A stretch of 64,000 nucleotides of DNA, from positions 495,482 through 559,481 of the forward strand of contig RDEW01000019.1 in NCBI GenBank assembly GCA_011109175.1, written 5' to 3'. Below, in pieces: positions 13,870 through 23,450 of this stretch. Made by a program: the position numbers and the translations under genes. Numbering within the stretch: the first letter of the stretch is position 1; the number at the start of each line of letters is the position of its first letter. The notes under the pieces were generated by a model. It ran no database searches, was not told the origin of the DNA, and worked only from the letters and a program-made list of their open reading frames with translations. The DNA comes from Dicyema japonicum (Eukaryota > Animalia > Dicyemida).

Positions 13870-15500
13870 ATGACAGGATCTGTGTTATACAAATCCGGCT
13901 AAACGACTTACCTCCTTCGAAGAGGCTCATTTTGAGAAGCTTTTCAACATCAAAACCATAGAAATCCATTTATCTAATAAAAGGCCAAGATCCCTGAAGA
14001 TACCAATCACGGTCGAAGAAATCAAAACAGCCTGCCGAAAACTCAAGAATAACAGAAGTCCTGGACCAGACAAAATAGATTCCGAACTACTAAAATACTG
14101 ACACCACTGCCTGTATGACAAAATTGCAATACTACTAAATGGAATGTTTTCCACCAACTGCACTCTACCTTGGGTACGGGACTACTAATCCCCATACAAA
14201 AAATCAACAAAACCAAGGACCGCTCGAAGATTTGCGATTCATCATACTACTAAATTCATTACGCAAATTCTTAGCAAACATTGTGCTTGAACAAATAAAA
14301 GGATCTGCTTACAAATACCTACCAGATAGTCAAAGTGGTTTTCGAGAAGGGAGATCCACAGCTGATGCGGTCTGGAGTCACAGATGGAGGTGTGCAACAC
14401 ACTAAACATACCATAACGGCACCAATTCTCTGGGAATTGACTTATCAAGAGCTTTTGATACGGTTAACAGGAACAAGTTAATGGGGGTACTGAGCGGATT
14501 TCTTGTTAAGTCGAGTCTAAGGATGATCAGAATTCTACTTTCCAACACTGAGCTCCTTGTAAGAGTCGGAAAGACCTATTTAAGAAAATTGAAAACAAAC
14601 ACGGGCACTCCATAAGGAGACTCCTTTCTCCTCTACTATTCACAATTTATTTGGAAGCCGCTATGAGGGAACTTAGACCGTTATACCAAGGAAAGACGGA
14701 AAAAGTGATCTACTTGCGACGATGTAGACATAATTTCTGAAGACAAAGAGGTCCTGGAAACTATTAGAAAAAGAACCAGATGTACTAGGGAAAAGTTTTC
14801 CTACTGTGAACAGAGAAAAAACAGAACTCACAGAGATAAGAAGGATTAGTAACGCCCTAGAAGAGAAGTGACGACAAGTAAAGAAACTCGGTTCACTTAG
14901 GGAGATAGCGAAGATATCTTACGTAGGAAAACTCTAGCCAATGCTGCGTTATATAAACTGAAGAATCTATGGCTCAATCAAAGAGGTATCACACGAAAAT
15001 GAGAATTTATTATACGACTCATTCATATAACGTTGGAACTTGGGCGACCTCATCAGCGGATATGGAAAGACTAGACTCGTTCCAGTGAGGTCAGCTGAGA
15101 AAAATAACAGGAACTACTTGGCCTACAAGAATATCGAGAAATGCTTTATATAAGAAATGCATCACTAGACCCATCAGTTTAGAAGTACTGGAATCCCGAT
15201 GGAAGCTCTTCGGACACGTGTTGAAGATGGGATTAACATCTCCACCGAACATATCTATGGAAACATACTACGTTAGTCAAGAAGGCCGCTATCGTAAAAG
15301 ACATAGAACAACACTGCCAATAGTTTTACAAAAAAACTGGTCAATATCAAAAGAAATCTAAAAAATGCCGACCACCTGGACTACATGAGAGCTTTGGCTA
15401 GGAACAGGGGAGCATAGAAAAGGATGACATCTAACCTTGTTCTTTTGCTGCACATATAATTAGTATGGCTCTCGTGAAGTGCGTAAAATAAATAATAAGT
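13870..15500 (+). mobile_element. RTE-clade LINE, RT domain to 3' end, degenerate
   Basis: KNNRSPGPD, QSGFREGRSTADAVWSHRW, GIDLSRAFDTV, RWKLFGHVL; 3' UTR TATGGCTCTCGTGAA and A-rich tail. Confidence 0.9.
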
Positions 15501-15789
15501 ATATATTGTCGGCTATCAAGAATACCGAGAAAGGAAGAGGAAGCTGCTTAAAGAGGCCTGGATCACCTGACGGTCCCCACTCTCTTTTATTTTGTTGGTG
15601 ATTTTAAATTTTAAATAAATAAACAGAAAATATATATTAAAAAATACTTTATAGGGAAGTTGCTGTTGTTATTGTATATTTTTCTTTTTTGTTCTATTCT
15701 TTTCTTCTATTATACTCTATCCTGTTCTATCCTTCTATTAGTCTTTCTATTTTTTATGACCGTTATTGTAGAAAAAATATTAAGAGACC

Positions 15790-17390
15790 TGTCTGATCTG
15801 CCAACATAGTAATGGTAGAAAGTTCGGGGTCACTTGTGACACGTGTCAGCGATTTCACCATTTCTCTTGTGCCGGGATGAGCAAAAAAGTTGCAAGACCA
15901 ATGGAGGAGTGGATGTGTGTTTGTTATCGGTTGGAGTCATCTCCGGGATGTTGTATGGCACACCCAATCTCGGATATTTCGGAACTATGACTCCAGAGGA
16001 ATTTCTAATTGCTATTTAGAACAATCGACGCAGGAAGATTATCTCTGTTAAAATCTCTAAGGCTTACCGTCACGATTTTGCCTCTCTTCGTGCTTCCTGT
16101 ATCGAAAAAGCAATTCTCAATGGTTCTACGAGAGATTGGACGGTGTTTTTCTCTTTCCCTGTAGTCGCACTAGGCCTGTAATCGACGCCTAATTCTCATT
16201 TACGAAAACGGTCTTTGTCAAGTCGAATGAAAGCACGCTAGAGTAACTTTATGAAATCTTGGGAAAATTAGCCGCAGAACTATTTATACTATTTGGGACT
16301 GCACTAACGTTATCAATTGGCCAACCTTCCTCTGGGTCTGAGAGGCTTAGAGAGATATTGATGGAAGGGGATCTAACTGTCGCTGTTCGTACTTTGTGTA
16401 CTGATTTTATTCCTATTAATTGCTCTCATTAGACAGTTTCTCTTCTGAAGGCAAAACACCCTCTTAGCCAGATGATATTTATGCACCCGTCTTTCCCGAT
16501 CTTTTTTGAGCGAAGTTTCTTACGCCGATCTTCGTGATGCCCCATGATCATTCCGAAAGAGCAATAGTGGAGAAGTTGATGGACTAATGCCTAGATTTTT
16601 TTCTCAATCTGTTGCTCAGCCAGCTATACTTCTATCCGAGAGAATTATGATCTTGTGAATACGTTGCTTTCTAGGACTATTTCTGATTTTGGTCGCAAAA
16701 TCATTTTTCTGCAAATCTAACTGCGTTGGGGAAGAAAAACGGTGAAATTCTTCATATTGCAGTTGGCAACGTTTTCCGCAGCCATTCTGGAAGATTGCGT
16801 GTCGATTGTCATTGCAAATATTTTTGCCCACATGCGTCTATTACAACTGGGCGTGAAGGTCAGAGGTGGATGCGGAGTGGGGTGAATTAGCCATGCTATC
16901 ATTGAAGCTGAAGATAGGGCCTTTTCAAATTGGATCTGCGCAACGCTTTCAACTCGGTCAGAAGGGTTGTCATCCTTGATGTTTGCTTAAAAAACGCCAA
17001 AAATATATCATTTGTCTACCTATCGTATTCGAGTGCTTTTCAGTCGTTTTCGGAAATGAAATCATTTTTTCTGAGACGGGAGTACAACAGGGTGACCTGC
17101 TCGGTCTTTTTTCTTTTTCATTGGCGATCGATCATATCTAGCAAGGCGTTTCTACTCCTCTCAATTTATGGTACCTGGACGATTGCATCCCTGAAGGATG
17201 CCATGAAGACGTCATTTCAAAAGTAACCTCGGATGCTTTTCAACTTCCTAAGTTTCCCTTGTTATGATAAAAGGATCTCCTATCTCTTTTTGACAATGAA
17301 TTTAAGTCAACCGTTGAAGCAATTTTAAACATACATTTTGATGACTATTGATGGCTTCAGGCAACTTTGCCTGTTTTTGGAGGATTTCCG
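15790..17390 (+). mobile_element. CRE-like (RLE-type) non-LTR retrotransposon, degenerate RT region
   Basis: QLGVKVRGGC, DLRNAFNSVRR, GVQQGDLLG and NLWYLDD (across frameshifts) are typical of CRE-clade RTs. Confidence 0.75.
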
Positions 17391-17430
17391 GTCATTGTTT
17401 ATTATTTTTATTTATTTATTACATGTATTT

Positions 17431-17760
17431 GCCGCGTGGCGCCATGTGGTGCTGCGTGGTTAATTAGTTTAAATTTTCTGCTTGCTTGTCTGTTCCTCCT
17501 CTCTCTTCCTAATACAGTGGCGTCATGTGATCCACCTGTCTAGGTGACGCTCAGTGCCAGGCCGGCATGAAAAAGGATCATTTGCTCTTCCCCACTCCAC
17601 TGGAGGGGTTTCCACAACTGCATGTAATGGACGTCTTACCTTTTATGCTGATTCCGGATGGACTCTGTTTCTGTAGAAATGGAAACTGGGATACACTTAA
17701 TTAGTTGTTTACTTTAGCTTCTTTCTTGGTGTATCGGGGTTTAATAAATTATTATTATTA
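17431..17760 (+). mobile_element. SINE family B, most complete copy (A-box-like head, structured body, Vingi-like tail)
   Basis: Homologous copies at 23241-23450, 19605-19718(-), ~29815-30135(-), 50075-50230, 51855-51905(-), 56790-56855. Tail resembles the LINE 3' UTR at 28010-28080 and ends in (TTA)n. Confidence 0.85.
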
Positions 17761-17764
17761 CCCC

Positions 17765-18060
17765 CAGGATCACTGGGTCAAAAAGAAAGAAATAAAAGTT
17801 CTCATCTAACTAAGTGATCCCAGACCGACAAAAGTGAGGACGAGTCCGGCGGGGTTGAGAATCCTGGACAGCTCTTCTCATTGGACATGGCATCGGCTCA
17901 AAATTTTTGTATGATTGTAGATAATTCGATAGTATTTGGAATAAAGGGCAGCTCGGTAGAACAGCCTCCTTTAATAGTTTCCGTTGTTGTTCGATTAAAA
18001 AGTTTTCAATGGGTTGGATATTGTGATCTGGTCCAATTAACTTTAACAAACCTGCTCAAA
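17765..18060 (-). mobile_element. Ingi/Vingi-like LINE 3' fragment
   Basis: Ends RSGIT* followed by TTAG, like the other copies. Confidence 0.65.
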
Positions 18061-18064
18061 AAAA

Positions 18065-18240
18065 ATGTCATGTGGCTCGCCGACGACGTGGTGGCATTTG
18101 AAAAAAAACCACACTTTCCCCTATCTTCACGGGTGGACCAATAAGGAAGGCCTGCGCCGCTGTGGAGACGTTGAGGCAAACCCTGGACCAGCCAGAATAG
18201 TCCAACTGAACATAAATGGAATCAAGAACAAAATAAATAA
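18065..18240 (+). mobile_element. 5' fragment of an APE LINE: intact 2A-like motif followed by the APE first strand
   Basis: GWTNKEGLRRCGDVEANPGP-ARIVQLNINGIKNK. Confidence 0.85.
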
Positions 18241-18327
18241 ATTAAATTTAAAAAATGTTTAAATAGTAAACTCATTAGAAAACGACAAATATTTATAAAT
18301 TTGTGTAATTAAAAAACGTTTGTAAAT

Positions 18328-18800
18328 TGGTTGAGGTGGTGACGACGCCTCTATTGCACTATGTCTTATTCGTATTCCTTACCGACTTTTCCGTTCACTC
18401 TGGGATCCTTCAATTGCAGAGGACTTAAACAACCTTACAAGAAACACCAACTGGTATGCGATCTAACCAAATATGACGACTCTGTCTGCTGTCTACAAAA
18501 GACAAAAACGACCGTACAATGTATTGAACTGTTTGGAAAATTCCACCTTTTTATCCTCCCATCGACCTACCGACATTATGGTCTCGGATTTGCAATCCAT
18601 CAGGACCTGATTCACTACGCCACAGCAGTGTGGACATCATCTGATATTATAATAGAAATGGCGGACGACCTGGACTACCTAAGAGAACTAGTGCGTAACA
18701 GAAGATCATGGTCGAAGTTGACGAAGAGGATGATCCGGAATATGGCACAAGGGAAACTTAACTAATTTTATGTTTTCCGGGAGTGCTTTTTAATTAATTA
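18328..18800 (+). mobile_element. Internally deleted (bipartite) RTE element
   Basis: 134-aa ORF joins the APE N-terminus (LGSFNCRGL..VCCLQ..YGLGFAI) to the RTE C-terminus (DDLDYLREL..AQGKLN*) and the 3' UTR. Confidence 0.8.
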
Positions 18801-18959
18801 ATAAACAACGTTAGTAATGAGCGTCAGGAAACCAAATATTTGTTCTAAAGATTCCACTGGCAGTTGTCAGGGGAAACAGTCATTCCATTCTATCAGTTGG
18901 ATTATTTTGATTGTCTTGTAGTGTAAAAAATTGTTTTATACTCGGAGGAATGCTTGCCA

Positions 18960-19065
18960 GAGAGAAAAGGGATCAACGAGAAGGGTTCGGGCTGAGACAT
19001 AAGATTGGAATGGCCATACTCGGAGAGAACTCGTTCGCGATCCTCGCAGCCGGCTACCTCAACTG
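18960..19065 (-). repeat. Dispersed ~105-nt repeat family C
   Basis: Colinear copies at 32116-32205(+) and 44075-44180(-). Confidence 0.85.
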
Positions 19066-19199
19066 TCTTAAAAAAAGTAAACAACTATAAATAAAAAAAT
19101 TAAAAGTGTATGTATGGGTTTTGTGAGTCTCGACAAAAAAATAAAAAATTCAAGACTCAATCCATACCAATTTTGAACAGAAGATCGATATTGTAGTCA

Positions 19200-19410
19200 A
19201 AAGATTTCGGCTAAATCAAAAAGCTAAATCTTTCATTTTTGAGGATGATATTTTATATTAAGGAAGAGGAAGAACTTACCAAAAATTTATTGAAGTTTTC
19301 ATATTATTTGAGTTTAAACTGAGCACACTTTGAATCATTTTCTCCGGGATCAGTTGTATTCCAAACTCAACGAAATTTTATGGAATAACAAGGGCAAAAA
19401 TTAATTTCAA
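19200..19410 (+). mobile_element. Possible integrase zinc-binding relic (Ginger/gypsy-like)
   Basis: KAKSFIFEDDILY and HFSPG..QRNFYGITRAKI resemble the N-terminal region of such integrases. Short and broken. Confidence 0.35.
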
Positions 19411-20286
19411 CTTAGATTTCATACCAACCAAAAAAGCAATTTTACTGCAACAGAGATGATGGAAGATATTCTTAAATAGAAACACGATGAAGATGTCTTT
19501 AAAAATGGCATGGTTATAATAAGGCATCATATAGTCATTAAATTAAATTTATTCCAAAGACCAAGGGTAACCAAACTAACTAACTCTTGACCTGACTTGT
19601 CTCCAGGTGGATCCTCTTGATGCCGGCCAGGCATTGGGCGTCTCCTCAGTAAGGTGGATCCAATGAAGAGGGAAGGAAAATAATTATTGACCAACTAGCC
19701 ACATGGCGTCACGCGGCGAAAAAATCAAAATTATTTAGACAGATAATGAATAAAAAACAATTGTATGATCGAATTTTGCTCGCAATTCTGAGAGTGAACA
19801 GCCACGCAGTGAGGGTGGCATCTGACTAACTAATGTTTTGTCCTTATGTTTTTTTAATAAAAATTGTATGATGGATTGAAACTTACGAGATACATAATAG
19901 TTGATAAGAAATGTGAAATCTGCACATTGGAATGTGACTTGTAATTTTTAAATATCATGGTTAGGACTGGGATATATTTCCTTGGAATAATTTCCGTGTC
20001 AATCCACATCAACCAGTTCCGGGATCTGCACCTTGTCTCTCGGCTCACTGTTTCGAATTATAACTTGCTCCATTTTGGCCCCCTTCCTCGTGGAGGTCGC
20101 GTTTTTCTTTAAATACTACACTTTTATTAATTTCATTCATTGTAGTACGTCGCTCAAAAGGTTATTATTATTAACCCCAGGTTTACCATTGTAAGCCCAG
20201 CACAAACTGTCATAACTAACTATCCAAGGAATGAATCAAAGGGAGAACGTATTCTAAAGAACAAAAATTTATTAACAATAAAATAG

Positions 20287-20543
20287 TATTCTTAAATCAA
20301 GAACAGTTAATTTTAACTAATCGTAGAACCAAGGAATGATCATCACTTCTTTTTTTCTTTTTCTTGTGTGTGGGTCTTTTCTAGACAATCCAGTTCCGCA
20401 GTGAGTATCCACTGATGACGGCGTCACTCGTCAAACCCTTTCTGAATCGTAGATGCGTTGAACCTTCACCAGGTTAACAGCAGCGAGAATCGAATCCGTA
20501 ACCTAAGCCACTAAGCCGACACCTAACCACTATGCCACAAGGT
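20287..20543 (-). mobile_element. SINE family A copy
   Basis: Reverse complement of the 31407-31670 sequence. Confidence 0.9.
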
Positions 20544-21489
20544 TAATCCTGTAATTGAAAATTATATTTTAATAATTAATTTAATTAAAGTTATATTAAA
20601 TTTACATAGTAATTCGTGGAGCTACCCAAAAGTGTCAAAATGCGAATGGAAAATCTTTATGACTCAGACGATTTCCGAAAAATCGCAATCTCAAGTGGAG
20701 CGTCAGGCTTCTGATGTCAAAGATTATCCGGGTGTGACACAAGCGACGTCAACTGATTAACTTTCTTGTTGCGAATGTGCATAATAATAAGCGAAGAACC
20801 CAAGGATGGAGAAAGTCTTCACATATATATCATCCTTGTGATGACGCTCAGCATCAACTTGACAGAAAAAGCATTATACCAACCTACCGATTAACTAGAC
20901 TGTAGATTCTAGGTAATTTCGGTAAATTCAAGGGACCACGTGGGCGGGTTCTTTGACAGAAGGAGGACAAATTTTTATTTTTATATTATCGCTAAAATTT
21001 GATTTTGGAGATTCAATTCGAATAATTCGACGATTTGAGTCACGTGACGAAATCCTCACGCTATAAAATCAAAAAGTTCTATTCTCCAAAAAATGTTAGG
21101 TTCTAATCAGCGATTTGGACAACGTGGGTGGGTCTATTGGTTAAAGTGATATAAAATTATTGATTATCTTACTGATTATTGATTAAAACTAAAGATCAAA
21201 CTTTGTATGTTTTAGGCTTGCATGTACGCTTGTGACGACAAAATTCATTCTCCAATAATCCATTACAGACTTCCGCTTCTGAAGAGTGGTGTAGAAGTAG
21301 GTCCTCTCTTCTATTTTATCAAACGATTACCGTCACGACTCATGACTTCCATCGTGGAATTAATCCCTAAAATCGCATTTTAACTATAATCTCAAAAATC
21401 AACATTTTGATCTCTTCTATCTAGGAACCCGTTCACGAGGTCTCTTGATTTACGGCGATGAAATTAAATTACTGGTTACATTATATTCC

Positions 21490-22865
21490 CATTCTTCTCG
21501 TCCTTGCTGTCTGGTGGTGTAGAACCAACCTGGTTCTTCCCTAACTATTCTACAACTCTATGTCAATGGGGTCCGTAGTAGGGTTATGGAACTGCGATTT
21601 CAATGTAGAAATTGCGCTGATTTGGAATCGAAGCTTTCTAAATCAGTCCCCATACCCTGTTTCCCTGTTCTACGGAAAAACAGGGTGAATGGATCTGATG
21701 GAGGATTTATCCACGGACAATTATCAGGAGTGGAATTGTATTCAAGGATTTTTCACAAGCTGTGTCTTCTCTCTGAAGCGAATAATACATTGAAACAGAT
21801 CTCTATTGGAATATCCTTTTACATTTTCTATATATTCCACTTTCGGTATCATGTCCCACCTCGTATATTCCAACCTAATGAGACAATGTGGTTTGAAAGA
21901 CTTTATTATTTTTGGCGATTTGAACGACAAACACACCGATTGGTTACAGTTTCAACCAAATGACAGTCGTGGGGAGTATATATTGTCGACTTGACCATGT
22001 GATTATCCTCAACAATCCTGATCATACCATGACCCATACTCGAAGAATGGGCAGTTCTACCTCCCCAGATTTATCATTATGTACTTGCTCACTTGTGAAA
22101 TGTTTTTCATGGGATTTTCGGTATGATCCTACATTTGCTACACTCATAGAAACAACATTAATAGTTAATCTCTTCCATCTTTTTCTGTCGAATGCTAGTG
22201 ATCTCAATTCGACCAGGTCGTACCCAGTCTTTAGATTTTTTCTCACACGATTTAGATCTTTGTTTAAGGCAGTCGGAAGTGTCGATCTAGGTCATCGGCG
22301 GAAGAGTTTGTTGCAACTGTCAAAGTAATCTTCCATCGCTTTGTTAGCGGATATGTGTGATTATTCTAGCAACACACTTGTCTCTCAAATATTTCGAAGA
22401 ATTCCATGCTGAAAGCAGGAAAGCCGAAAGATGATCCTGTTTTGTTCCCTAGGACACCCTTAGATGCAAATTGTCTAAAGTGTTTGAAAAATTTGTAAAA
22501 AAAAAATAATTTTCCCAATATTACATCACCTTACTTACAGGATGGTTTCAGACAAGATTACTCAACTACGTACGACGCATGGAGGTTTGCGATATCCTCT
22601 TCTAAACTAAGTAAACTAAATTCAATGCCCTCTTTCCACTTTCCTTTCAAAGGAATCCATAAGGAACCATGGCCGAGGCTTCCTGAGTTTCTGAAAGAAC
22701 CACAAAATTCATTTTACGATTGTTCGATCAGAAGAAGGCCGATCTGTCCTAAAGAAGGACACCCCAATCGAGTTTCTTCGTAGGTTCTACCGTTTTACAG
22801 TTGGGATATTGGAAGACCAAGCAAGGAGCATCTGGGAATTAATGAAAGTTGGGTCACTTAATTAA
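21490..22865 (+). mobile_element. Degenerate Ingi/Vingi-like LINE (2A relic, APE, RT scraps) interrupted by an inverted RTE 3' piece at ~22145-22360
   Basis: LLSGGVE(P)NPG..LTILQLYVNG, IIFGDLNDKH, SSTSPDLSL. The minus-strand insert encodes DLVELRSLAFDRKRWKRL. Confidence 0.75.
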
Positions 22866-23240
22866 AGTTTTCTGCATCTTTATTGGGGATCTTTAAGTTC
22901 TCAAATTAATAGGTTTGTAATACCGATGGGAAATAATTCTATGAGCAACCTACGTCATCATATAATAAAAATTATTTTAATGAGAAAATTTAATTTTAAA
23001 AAATTCAATAAATAAAAATTTACGCAATCACAACTCAATTATAGTATAGTTATTAACCAAACTTTCGCTAACACGTATGAAGCTGGCTACTGTTGGAAAT
23101 TACGGACATCTTCAATAGCTTACCTTGGCTAAATAAAATTATTAATAATAAATAAAATAAATTTAATTTAGTTAAATTTTAAGATTATAATTAAAATAAA
23201 TTTATTGTTAAAATACGTTTTGTTAGTCAAATGAATATTT

Positions 23241-23450
23241 GCCGCGTGGCGCCATGTGGTGCTGCGTGGTTAATTGTGGTTTAAATTTTCTGCTTGCTTG
23301 TCTGTTCCTCCTCTCTCTTCCGAGATGACAAGAGTGGCGTCATGTGATCCACCTGTCTAGGTGTCGCCCAGTGCCAGGCCGGCATGAAAAAGGATCATTT
23401 GCTCTCCCCCACTCCATTGAAGGGGTTTCCACAACTGTATATAATGAACG
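23241..23450 (+). mobile_element. SINE family B copy, lacking its 3' part and fused to copine
   Basis: Near-identical to 17431-17632; similarity extends through the ATG at 23444. Confidence 0.9.

Noticed and set aside
20160-20250. Spliced-leader RNA-like GGTTTA...GTAAG repeat (also ~25420, ~34614)
   Set aside because: On the other strand these read as retroposon tails ending in (AAT)n or similar, and no Sm site is evident.
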